From Octopus vulgaris (taxonomy: Eukaryota): a stretch of DNA of 64,000 bases. Numbering within the stretch: the first letter of the stretch is position 1; each line of letters begins with the position of its first letter. The notes under the pieces are model-generated. The model ran no database searches and was not told the DNA's origin. It was given only the letters and a program-made list of their open reading frames with translations. A program made the translations under genes and the position numbers. This document shows positions 13,001-26,650 of the stretch, piece by piece. The stretch lies in NCBI GenBank assembly GCA_951406725.2, contig OX597832.1, forward strand, positions 28,086,001 to 28,150,000, written 5' to 3'.

Positions 13001-16000
13001 GTGAGGGTTGGTGACAGGAAAAGCATCCGGCCATAGAAAATCCGCCTCAACAAATTCTGTCAGACCCCAACAAACTTGGTTAAGCGGAGAACAAATCAAT
13101 GGTGGCAATGCAGAGGCTGCTACTGCCGGTTGCAACAAGGTTTGGTAGAAATGGTTGAGAGTTTCTGTTATCTAGGAGACCATATTAGCAAGGGTAGGGG
13201 CTGCCTTGAAGTTAGAATAACCAGAGCAAGGATTGCATGGAAACTGCTCAAAGATCTGTTACCCCAAGATAGTAAAGGGGGGGTTGTATCCAAGCAAAGG
13301 ACAGACTTGTATGGTTGTACGTGTATGAATTGTGATGCTGGATGGTTGAGAGATGCGGGTATTGAATTTAGAAGATGAATGTTGGAGGAGAATTGAGGAA
13401 TTTGTTCTCTTTTGGATGTGTAATTTAGCATGTGTGAATGATGCGGCATAGACGAACTGGGAGAGAGAAAAGAAAGGAAAACGGATGTAAGAGGAGTCAG
13501 GTGTTGTGTGTGATAGAAGTAACTGTGCAGGTATGGAGATTTGATAAGTGTAGAAAATGTAATGAGGTTGGGTGATGAAGGGCAAAATGATTCAGGAAAA
13601 AGGAAGCAAAAGGAAGAAGACCTGAGAGGAAGTGGTTAAAACTAATGACAAAGAAATTTAAGAAATGACAAAGTGTTGGACTAAAGAAAGCCTCCAACCA
13701 AACAAGTCGAGCATGGAAGAGCAGACGGGGGGGGGGTGGTGAGGGGGCGGTGACAGGGGTGTGTGCGTTTATGTGTGTATCATCTTCATATCCATTTCTT
13801 CGTCTCATCGTACAATTGGATATGTTTTCAGTATTACATGATGGGTTAGAGTTACAGAAACCCAATCGCTCAACTCCACTACTCTCCATTCTCCATGCCA
13901 TATATATATATAAACATGGTGTCATGTAAAGAGCTCCTGTGATGGTGCCTCATAAAAGGCACCCAGTTCACTCTGTAACAGGGTTGGCATTAGGAAGTAC
14001 ATCCAACTGTAAAAACCATGCCAGAATGGACAGTTGGAGCTTGATGCAGCTCTCCGGCTTGCCAATTCCATGTCAAACTGTCCAACCCATGCCAGCATGG
14101 AAAACGAGAATTAAATGATAATATAAATAAAGCTGAAGTTGTCTGTGTATGGCAGGTTTGGTAGCCTTCAACTAACACTATCTCCTCCGAGACCCTACGG
14201 CACAAGTTGACCAAAATTGAGAGTATGATAGAAGAAGGCTTGCTCTTCATTCCGTAGAAAATAAAGTTCAAATCGGACTATGTTAACACCAAAAATTATT
14301 TACATCAAAAAGGTGCTTTATTTTCTATGAAAATCCCTATTTTTTAACGATTTTTTTTACTGCTGTGTCGCCATTTTTCAGTGTATTTCAACCAGAAAAA
14401 TGTCAACTTAAAGAGAATAACAAGCTACATAATGCAAAATTTTTACTTTTCAAAAATTTCAATTCTAAAGGGTCGAAACAAGCCCGAGCAATGCTGGGCG
14501 ATACTGCTAGTATATATATGCACACACACATTGTTATATAGATGCAGTTGTGCATTGTGGACTGTTAACTTTTAAATGGTTACGTAACAGAAATTGTACT
14601 TCTACTGTTTTGATCATACATTTATGTCATCTTCACTCTTGCTCCCCCCCCCCATATGTCTCTGCTGTGGTGCCATATGTTTATTCTCTTCAAAGAGTTC
14701 CTTATGTCGTTCACACAACAAGAAACAGTAGGGAATGCAACACAGAGGTGCTGTGTTGCATTACAGGAGACAAGTCTGTGATTAATGTGATTCTACCGTT
14801 TTATTGCGCCGTCAGTATTATGGCGTTTGTTGTTTTAACATCTGTTATTTCCTTCCTGTCACAGACTTAAGTTGGACAAGTCCACCTAGTTTACTTGGCT
14901 CTTTTGCTGTCTCATCTGTGAGGCTCAGGATCTCAGACAACGGTATCTTTTGTGTGGTTGCTCAACCTGTTAGAAATAACAGCCAGATCCCACTTCAAAT
15001 TACACCCTGCCGTCTTTGAAAACGATATCTATTAGACAATATGGAACAAAGAGGTATGATGGTCACAGCTGGGATGTCTTTAATCATAGGTCTGTTTGAC
15101 GTAAGCTAATCTGAAACTAAATAACTACAACAGCTGGACAGTACAGCATGTTTTTCACTGCAGCACATCTTGTCTACTCACCCCCTTACGTCCATCTCTC
15201 CTCTGTCATCCAGCTCACACATCCCCTAGACTATATTTTCCTCATTTCTAGCCATCTTCTACATTCACACCTCCATGTCTCTCAGCCATTCAATACTTCA
15301 TATTTCTTCACTCTTTAATCTCCTCATTCACAGCTCCATGATTTTCTAGCTTCCATTATTCAACTTTTTCCTCAAATTTTATACAATCTAGTTTCCTTTC
15401 ACACAGAGATAAATGTTGTTGTTTCACCCCAGAACAGCCTATGATCAAAGACATTCCAACCTTGACCATCCCATTGGTTTTGTACCATGGACTGCCCTCT
15501 TTAGTGTGTCCTATCTTTGTTTTTTTTTTCTTAAGATGTTGTGATTTGATAAAGACTTCATTGTTATTTCTAGCAGGTCAAGCAACTGTGCCTCAGTAAA
15601 TTCCTCTTGTTGATGACAGAGGTAAACGGTTCCTTAAACCTCTTTACCAATCTCCACACACACAATTACTAAGTCGTTATCTTTATCACTATTATAGAAG
15701 AGGAAGAAGTTGTTAAGAAGCACTAGTATTCTGTTGATGATGATGATGATGGTGGTGGTGGTTGGATGAGAAGAGAGAGGAAGGTGTTTATTTATTTGTT
15801 TGTCTTTGTGTTTTCAGGTAAAAGAAGTGGAACCAAGAAGTGCCTCACTAATAATGGCACCTCCAGACTTTGACCAAAGCGAGTTTGAGATGTCCACAGT
15901 TCATGTCGAGCTTCAGTTATCAGAGAAAGGCCGAGATAAATACAGAACAGTATACAGGTGATTATTCTAATTAATATTATTAAGGTGCCAGGATCGTTAG

Positions 16001-19000
16001 CATGCCAGGCAGAATGTTTGGCTGCATTTTCATCTGTCCTTACATTTCTGAGTTCATCCTTTGCCTTTCATCCTTTCAGGGTCGATGAAACAAGTACCAT
16101 TTATGCACTGGGGTCGATGTAATCGACTCATCCCCTCCCCCCCAAAATTGCTGCCCTTGTGGCAAAATTGTTAGCGCACCAGGTAAAATGCTTAACGACA
16201 TATGTCCGTTGCTATGTTCTGAGTTCAAATTCCACCTAGGTCGACTTTGCCTTTCATCCTTTCAGGGTCGAAATAAGTACCAGTTATGCACTGGGGTCAA
16301 TGTAATCGGCTTAATCCCTTCTCCCAAAATTTCAGGCCTTGTGCATATGGTAGAAAGGATTATCAATGTTATTAATTACTGCCACACATTTTGTCTGGCA
16401 TTGCTAGCAGAACTGACAGCAAACCAGACAAATGCGTGCTGGCTCTTTTTCTGGTTTTATGTTGAGAGTACAAATTCCACCAACTTCAACTTTACCTTTT
16501 GTCCTCTGAGGGTCGATGAAATACCATATCTTACCATGCATAAGGAACCCCCTAATTTGGGGGGCTTAAAATTTGGAAAAAGGTTTTGTAAGGAATTATA
16601 ATCCTATCCATATTTTTTTAACCTAATTTTTGACAAAAAAGAACCCCTTATACATGTTAAAATATAGTAAGTACCAGTCAAGCAGGAGAGGGGTGTCAGT
16701 GCTTTACTGCCCCTGGAAGGCATTATTTCTGCTAGTTATAATTAACAATCCTTTCTATAAAACTAAATATCTAGACAAGATATTTAGTTTTGTACTTTCG
16801 TGGTAAATTCAGCTGGGGTCAACTTACCCTTTTTGCCTTGCAAGGTCTTTAAGTAGTTAAATACCATCACCGTGTTCAGCAGGGAGTTGTTGTAAATATA
16901 TTTCGTAATTGTATTTTGTGAAAAGGGGCAGGTACAGTTGTATGATTTAGAAATTTGCTTCTCAGCCACCTGGTTCAGGGGTCAGTCCCATTGCATGACA
17001 CCTTGAGCAAGAATCTTCTACTGCTGACTAATACTTTGTGAATGAAATTGATAGAGGAAACTAAGAAGAAGCCCATCATGTGTGTGTGTCCTCATTAATA
17101 CCATCTCAACAAAAACAAAAAAAAAGTGTTTATGTTTCCATTCTTTGGTAAGCAAAGTTCCTGTAGTTTCAACTTTCGTGTTTGAGGACCAGTGGAATGG
17201 GGACGGGGAGGGGGGATATGCTTTTCTTAGTAAAAGGGGTAAGGGTTGGTGACAGAGAAAGCATCCAGCTGTAGCAAACCTGCCACAAGTTTCATCCAAC
17301 CCATTCCAGCATAGAAAAGCAGACATACAACCAAACTAAAATCTATATTCCTTAATTGCTTCCTGTTTCTTATAATTAGACTTGTTAGTACCATAATCTT
17401 CACCAGGAACTGTTATTGTCCTCAAGTTCTTTAACTGTTTTTTCAATGTCTCATCCACAGTGGTCCATTTCAAGAGATTACATTGAAGAATTTAAAACCA
17501 GCAACTGAATACAGCTTAAGGTAAGATTTGGATGTTGTCACCTTGCATATGTAGACAGTTGGTGTGACCCTAGGTGAATTCTTTAAGTGTGGATGGCCTA
17601 CAAGAGTGTGGGGACTTGTGGTGGTTGTCTGTTTGAACGTAACATTTAAATTTTGAATTTAATTTGTTTACATTATTTACATTTGACGGATATTTGCCCT
17701 CATCTTGTTTGTTGTTAACACAACATTTCGGCTGATATACCCACTGGGCATATGGCGTAGTGGTTAAGAGCGTGGGCTACTAACCCCAAGATTCCGAGTT
17801 TGATTCCAAGCAGTGACCTGAATAATAATAATAATATCGAAATATACCTTAGGAATGAGAACCCAGGTTCGAAGTTTCCCCAAGACACCTGATGAAGGCT
17901 GGAGGGTCTATCAGCTGAAACGTTGTGCTAACAACAAACAAGATGAGGACAAATATCCGTCAAATGTAAATAATGTAAATAATTCCTCATCTCTTAAATA
18001 TAGAACTGTATTGATTAATTTTGTTGTTGTTGTTAAATCTCCAAGGTAAATCATGGAAGCGGGCAGTGAAATACTTATGAGCAGTGTAGAAACCACATCA
18101 CAACCACACCAACAATGTCACAAACAACATCACAACTGTATCATAATGTCACAACTAAGATAGTAATATCACAAACAACACCACAACTGCATCAGCGATG
18201 TCATAAACATCACAGCCAACTACACCAGCAATGTCATAAACAACATCACAACTGTATTATAATGTCACAACTGCTTCAGCAATGTCATAAACATCACAGC
18301 CAACTACACTAGCAATGTCATAAACAACATCACAACTGTATTATAATGTCACAACTACACTAGCAATGTCATAAACAACATCACAACTGTATCATAATGT
18401 CACAACTGCATCAGCGATGTCATAAACATCACAGCCAACTACACTAGCAATGTCATAAACAACATCACAACTGTATTATAATGTCACAACTACACTAGCA
18501 ATGTCATAAACAACATCACAACTGTATCATAATGTCACAACTGCTTCAGCAATGTCATAAACATCACAGCCAACTACACTAGCAATGTCATAAACAACAT
18601 CACAACTGTATTATAATGTCACAACTACACTAGCAATGTCATAAACAACATCACAACTGTATCATAATGTCACAACTGCTTCAGCAATGTCATAAACATC
18701 ACAGCCAACTACACTAGCAATGTCATAAACAACATCACAACTGTATTATAATGTCACAACTACACTAGCAATGTCATAAACAACATCACAACTGTATCAT
18801 AATGTCATAACTGCTTCAGCAATGTCATAAACATCACAGCCAACTACACCAGCAATGTCATAAACAACATCACAACTAAGACAGTAATATCATAAAGAAC
18901 ATATTCACACTGACAATGTCATAAGCAAACCAACAGTGTTTTCATTGACACCATTTATCTTCCATTGCTTCCACATCTAAAAGTGGGAGTTCTCATGAAT

Positions 19001-22000
19001 TGCATTTACCATTAATTTTCTTCTTCTTCTTCTTCTTCCAGAGCTTGTTCCCGATTTGAAGAACTAAAGGGGAGTATGACTGAACCGGTCGTCTTTAAAA
19101 CTCTATGTTGTGTACCAGACCAGCCGCAACATCCAAAATTAGCCAACAAAACTAAAAACAGTTTATTATTAAAGTGGAATGTAAGTCAGAAAGAATTCTC
19201 TATTCTTAATAACACATACACACACACACACACAGAGCACCATCATTAACGTGTATGTGTGTGTGTGTGTAAATCTCCAGCAAAGTTAATTTCCTTTTCC
19301 CCCAAAAATAAATATTATAACAACTGCCATTTTCGAAATTGTTCTCCAAGGGCCAAATGAGATTTCCAAAATAGATTTCTGTTTATGTTCTTTGAGGACC
19401 TGTTTTCTTATTGCCAAGCCACACAGGGCCTTCTTTGGGGAATTTAAAGTTTTTTATAACTTCAATTAAAGAACTATCCAACGATTTTTTTTTACATATT
19501 TTCCTTTGTTTACCATTATTATTATTATTGTTGTTGTTGTTGTTGTTTATGAAGTATGTTATATCTGTTTTAATCAATGCTTCATCTGTTTCTGAAATGT
19601 GGAAAATATTTTTACCTCCTGCAATATGATAAGGAATTGGTGCTGTTAAGAATTCCTGAGTTGTAACATTCCAAAAAAGTTTTACTTAATACATATGTAC
19701 GTACATACATACATACATACATCATCATCATCTCCATATGTTTATGCTGCCAGCAGAGTAATTTACCATTCTTCTATGACCTCCTGCTTTTCCTCTGTGA
19801 CACTCCAAGAACATTCCAACAACTGTCCATGACATTTTCTCCCGTTTCTTCCATGCTATGTTACTACCCTGCTTACATTGTATGAGATGGATGGATAGGT
19901 AGATATATTATCATCATCATCATCATCATCGTTTAATGTCCGTTTTCCATGCTGGCATGTATTGGATGGTTCGACTGGGATCTGGGAAGCCAACAGGCTG
20001 CACCAGGCTCCAGTCTGATCTGGCAGTGTTTCTACAACTGGATGCCCTTCCTAAAGCCAACCACTCCGAGAGTGTAGTGGGTGCCTTTTACGTGCCACCG
20101 GCATGATTTAATGTCCGTTTTCCATGTTGGCATGGGTTGGACGGGTTCGACTGGGGTCTGGGTATGGGGATCACAACTACAATTTCCATTAGAACTGTAT
20201 CATCATCATCATCGTCGTCGTCATTTTAGTGGAAGTTGTAGTTTTTTTTCTTTATTTCTTTGGCCTGAGCCCACAGCCATCCGTCACTGACCCTTTCAGA
20301 TTAGTGAAGTCAATTTATTCTAATGCCCCTTTGAAATAGTGTCAAATTAACAGGTTGGCTTGAGGAACAGCATATGGACACAATAGAAATAGGATTTCTG
20401 AGCACCAGTGTCCCGGGCCCAGGACACTGGTGTCAAGAGTTAAAGAGACAGAAGTGAGACAGGAATGCTCGAGTGACCTTGACAAGATTTGATCTTGGAA
20501 TGCAATGAACTACAACAAAAAAACGCAAAGAATTTTTTTTTTTCTGACACTGTTAACGATCCTGCCAGCCTGACACAATAACAACAACAACAACAATAAT
20601 GATGATGATGATAGTAAGTTCTTGTGTAGCTTAGAGGGACCTATTTTGGTAAGAGAGCTGATCACTTTTGATATCTACCCCCCAACATATTACCGGTATC
20701 TAGTGATAAAGATAATGGCTCATTTATAGTTGATTAAGTGTTGAGGAGGGGGAGAGTGGTGGTGATGGTGGTGGTGGAGAGATTGTTTTCTCTTTGCTGC
20801 TTGTTCAGTGGCCAAGGTAGCAGGTTCAATCCTCTCCCTCTCTCTGTCTCCATCTCCATGCAAGTTTCACCTACACCTGCTGTTAATTAGTGAACTGTGG
20901 GTGGGTGTGGCAAGGAGGGGCTGATTATGCCTTAAATAACTCTTTACTACTACTACCACTACTATCGCCGCCACCACCAATACTGCATCACATCATACCA
21001 CTACTGCCTCCACCACAACCCTCGTGATTCTATAAATATCACCACTGCTAGAACCCATACATGACCACCACCATACAGCACTTACATGACCTAATCTCCC
21101 ACCACCACCACCACTGTACACGACTTTGATGATGATCACAATGATGATAGTGATGATGATGATGGTTGTTGTGGTGGTGGTGGTGGTATGATAAACCATT
21201 ATTGTTGTTGAGAGAAAAAGATGGAAATGTATTTAGATTAATAAAACTGAGGTTTTTCTTCCCTCTTTTCAGGCTGCCTGTGAAAATGGTTCAAAAATAT
21301 CAACATATTCGTTAGAATATGATAAGGTAGGTCGTTCTTCTTCTTCTTGTTTGTATAATACAGAAACACGCACACACGTATGAACACATACTTATATTAG
21401 TACACACACGAGCTGGCAGAGTCGTTAGCACACCGGGCGAAATGCGTAGCCGTATTTCGTCTGCCGTTACGTTCCGAGTTCAAATTCCGCCGAGGTTGAC
21501 TTTGCCTTTCATCCTTTTCGGGGTCGATAAATTAAGTACCAGTTACGCACTGGGGTCGATGTAATCGACTTGATCCGTTTGTCTGTCCTTGTTTGTCCTC
21601 TCTGTGTTAAGCCCCCTGTGGGTAGTAAAGAAATAGGCATTTCGTCTGCCGTACGTTCTGAGTTCAAATTCCGCCGAGGTCGACTTTGCCTTTCATCCTT
21701 TTCGGGGTCGATAAATTAAGTACCAGTTACGCACTGGGGTCGATGTAATCGACTTAATCCCTTTGTCTGTCCTTGTTTGTCCCCTCTGTATTTAGCCCCT
21801 TGTGGGCAGTAAAGAAATATATATTAGTACACACACACACACACACACATTGAATACATATACATACCTGTGTATGTGATGGTCAGAGGTCAGCAATTCC
21901 TATGCAGAACCATTAAAAAACGGTAAAAAAAAATGTGTGCTTATAAATCTATATACGTACGTGTGTGTAAATTTATATGCGTGTGTGTGTGTGTGTTCCT

Positions 22001-25000
22001 TATTTTTTAATATGTTTGCTGGTTTTTATTAATATAAAACATTAATTGATATACAGGTGCAGGTGTGGCTGTATGGTAAGAAGTTTGCTTCCCAACCACA
22101 TGGTTCTGGGTTCAGTCCCACTGCGTGGCACCTTGGACAAGTGTCTTCCACTGTAGCCTTGGGCTGACTAAAGCCTTGTGAGTGGATTTGGTAGATGGAA
22201 ACTGAAAGAAGCCCGTCGTATAGTTATGTGTGTGTATGTCTTTCTGTCGGTGTTTGTCCACCGTCACCACTTGATAACGGTGCTAGTTTGTTTATATCCC
22301 TGTAACTTAGCGGTTCAGCAAAAGAGACCAATAGAATAAGTATTAGGCTTAAAAACAAATAAAAACTAAGTACCGGGGTTGATGTGTTTGACTAAAGTTC
22401 TTCCAGAAGGTGCTCCAGCATGGCCACGGTCTGATGAGTGAAACAAGTGAAAGACAAAATAGTAAAATAATAAAAATCTATTTGATTGAATTCATTTTGG
22501 TAGTAATAGTTGTTGTTGTTGTTGTAGTGGTTGTTTAGCTGCTTCCATTCGTCTTTGAGGAAATGTAGGCAACTGAAGGCACCGAAATAAACGGGAGAAT
22601 TCTTCAATCATTTTCGTCTGTGGAACCACTCACTCGTCACACGTCTATCGCAGGGTGGTGGCGGTGGAGAACGTTTGAGAATGAAAAATTATGTTTTAGA
22701 TTCTGAAGACTGCAAAACAGTTTTTGTCTTTGATTTTACGAGAATCGTTTTTTTTTCCTTCTTTTTTTTTTTTTTTTTTTTTCTTCCGCTACACCGTCTT
22801 GAAGTGACTCTGAAGAATCTCCTTCATGTCTTGTTGTGTGGTCGACTGTTTTAAAAAGCAGTAAACTCATATTATATCAGCTTCAGCAGGTTTTTATCTG
22901 ATAAGGCCTCTTTTAATATTCTCTTCTAGAGCAACTTTATATCCTCCAGCCAAATGTAGAATCTTACCATTTCTTTCTTTTCCTCTTTCTCAGATAGTTG
23001 AGTAAATGACCCCGGGGGATAATTGGTTGCTGGGGTGAGCCGAGTGTGTTATTTCTGCTAAATTGTCTCACCCCCTGCCATCCCACATTTACCGATTCCT
23101 TCAATTAATATTTCAGGGTTTTGATTAATCTTCAGTTTATCTTTATAATTAAATTAAAATAAAATGTTTTGGTATTCAAAGAGGAGTGGAATAATGTCTG
23201 CTGCTTGCAGACAAGAGGAAGAACTCGGTGTTTCTTGTTGTTTACTTTTGCATTTAAAGAGATTCTGGTTGTAGAAACGGGTGCGGCTCCGAACGTGTTT
23301 CGCAATTTAGAAAATATTTTGCAGTACTGGATGTTTCTGCCAACTTTTGTCGTTTTTTGTGATAGGAATAATGATTAGGGGTGGACTAGGAGGAAGAGAA
23401 GCAATAATTAGGGGTGGATTAGAAGAGGGGGGGCAATGTTTAGGGGTGGATTAGAGGAAATGGGGGGGGACAATGTTTAGGGGTGGATTAGAGGAAATGG
23501 GGGGACAATGTTTAGGGGTGGATTAGAGGAAATGGGGGACAATGGTTAGGGGTAGATTAAAGAAAAGAGCAAATGATGGCTCTTGTGGATTACTATTTTA
23601 GTTTGCTGTTAGGTGGCAAGCTGGCACAACCATTAGCATGCCAGGCAAAATACTTAGTAGCATTTTGTATCTTGATGTTCTGAGTTCAAATGCCACTGAG
23701 GTCGACTTTGCCTTTCATCCTTTCAGGGTCGATGAAGTAAGTACCAGTTGACTACTGGGGTTGATCTAATTGACTCTCCCCCTCTCCACAAAAGGGAAAA
23801 GTACCAGATACATTTCTGTCGAGGGTGTCACTCTTGGAAACCTCATCTCTTTGGTTTGATTGGAAGATTGCCTGCCATTCTGTGTGTGTGTTGTCTTCTT
23901 TGTTCTAGATTCTTCTTCTCTGTCTCAGAACCAGTTAATACGGTTGTGAATTAGCTCACATTTGGTTTGCTGTATTTCTATTTCTTTACTACCCACAAGG
24001 GGCTAAACAAAGAGGGGACAAACAAGGACAGACATAGGTATTAAGTCGATTACATCGACTCCAGTGCGTAACTGGTACTTATTTAATCGACCCCGAAAGG
24101 ATGAAAGGCAAAGTCGACCTTGGCGGAATTTGAACTCCAAATGTAACGGCAGACAAAATACTGCTAAGCATTTCGCCCGGCGCGCTAACGTTTCTGCCAG
24201 CTCGCCGCCTTTGATGTATTTCCATGAAGATCCAACCCTGGTGTTGTACCAGATAAAACAGAAAGGGTTAGCATCTTGTCCCGGTTTCCTTCTATCGTGG
24301 AAATACCAATGGAATGTTTAGGAAAACGGTGTAGAAAAGCAGAAAATAAAATTGGAGGGAAAAGAAGTCACAAGATTGATAGATTTAAAAGCAAAACCTC
24401 TTGGACACCATGCTCACTTGTAATAAGTCAACCTACATCTTGGATTTCAGTGAGGTTTTATCAGGTTACCACACTTGTTAACTTGGTTCTAATTAACCAA
24501 AGAGAAAGTCTTTATTTCCTCTCGTTTCCCTCCTTTTTTGCTGAATGACCCCTTAACCAGCAATTCATTGGGTGCTAATGTCTACCATGTTTTTTTTCTT
24601 CTTATCTTTTCCAGGGCTTAAACAATGGAGAATTCTATGAAGTGTACAGTGGTTTAGTGAAACAGCATCGTGTTAACTATTTACAGGCTGGCACCAAGTA
24701 TACTTTCCGGTTAGCTGCTATTAATAGCATTGGCAAAAGGTTCGTATGATGATGATGATGATGATGTTTTTTCTACTATAAGTACAAGTGCTGAAAATTT
24801 TAGGGGAGTGGAGATAGTTGATATCATTGACCCCCACCACTGCTCAACTGGTATTTACTTTATCAATCCCAAAAGGATGAGTGGTAAAGTGAAACATTGG
24901 TAGCATTTGAACTTAGAACATAAAGACAGACAAAATGCTTAAGCATTTTGACTAATGTACTGATGGTTCTACCAGCTTGATACCTTAATAATAATAATAA

Positions 25001-26594
25001 TAATAGTTATAATAATAATAAATAATGATAATAATAATATGCTATATAGTTGATGTTGAATGCCCCTTTGGCACATGAATAGTCAAGAAGGAAGGCGAAA
25101 AGATAGTTAGATACAACCCACTTAAGTACAAAATAACTTGGCTATGGAAAATGAAGAAGGTGAAGATGGTGCCCAATTATTGTTGGGTCCTTGGAAACAG
25201 TATCAGAAGACATCAAGGGGAATATAAAGGAAATTGGAACAGGGTGCCCAGTGGCTGAGCTTCTTCATTTTGATGGGTGCAAAGTGTGCCGATGCCTGAG
25301 GTGGCTGTCAGGCCAAGGGCTGTATAGAAGAGCCAGAGGCATTTATCACGGGGGGAAGGGGGGGGGGACGAGAAAGTGCAAGTTGCTCTTTGCATTTTCA
25401 ACGTCTGATATCTCTCTCTTGGCATCCGTTATTTTCCATCATGTCTTTGGGTGACGATCACTAAGGACCACTCAGAGTGTTGGTATGTCATCGTTGAGGG
25501 ACCAACCCCGATGATAAAAATGGCTGGATATCTCAACCGATATATAGTAACAAAATAGTTAAATTGCCTCTTATAGCACCAGGTTTCCAGCCAGTTCCTA
25601 GATTTTATTCCACGGTCGATGCCAGCGCCACCTTGACTTGCTTCCATGTCGGTGGCACGTAAAAACCACCAACCGATCGTGGCCGTTGCCAGCCTCCCCT
25701 GGCACCTGTGCCGGTGGCATGTAAAAAGCACCATCTGTACGTGGTCAATGCCAGCACCACCTTGACTGGCTTCCGTGCCGGTGGCACGTAAAAAGCATCA
25801 ACCGATGGTGGCTGTTGCCAGTCCCTCCTGGCACGTAAAAAGCACCCACTACACTCACGGAGTGGTTGGTGTTAGGAAGGGCAACCAGCTGTAGAAACAC
25901 TGCCAGATCAGACTAGAGCCTGGTGCAGCCTCCTGGCTTCCCAGACCCCGGTCGAACCGTCCAACCCATGCCAGCATGGAAAGCGGACGTTAAACGATGA
26001 GGGTGATGAGGTTGCTGAAACAAAGTCTGATGAGAAATTACTGAAGACTATGGTAGAATCATAATTCCTGTTAACATTGTCCTTCTTTCTCTCTGTTTTC
26101 AGCCTTTTTAGTGAACTGACAAGTTACTGCACAAGTGGGACCGTTCCACCTCAACCTGACCCCCCTACAATCGCCACAAGTCAGATTAATTCCTTAAACC
26201 TCTCCTGGCTGAAACGACAAAGTGATGAGACTTTTACTTTACAAATGGAAGATGAGACAACTGTAAGTAAAACCTTTGATGAGATTCCGCGACTGCTTTT
26301 GTGTGTGTGTGGTAGGGCAGTGGGGTGTGGTTTTATTCTTCGGAATGATTGCCCCGTAATCTTTGTTACACTGGTTCTGTCTTCTGTGATGGCTGTTGTC
26401 TGAAAGTTTTTGGGTTTTTTTTTTTTGCATGTGGCGCAGGAGTGGCTGTGTGGTAAGTAGCTGGCTTACCAACCACATGGTTTCGGGTTCAGTCCCACTG
26501 CATGGCATCTTGGGCAAGTGTCTTCTGCTATAGCCTCAGGCCGACCAATGCCTTGTGGGTTGATTTGGTAGACGGAAACTGAAAGAAGCTTGTC

Positions 26595-26650
<56 letters not shown>

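Noticed and set aside
18095-18920. Regular repeat array considered as CRISPR
   Set aside because: No unique spacers; it is a satellite.
22540-23370. Repeat-free intronic segment with ~70-aa open frames on both strands
   Set aside because: No recognisable protein similarity or convincing splice pair; it may be regulatory but this cannot be supported from sequence alone.
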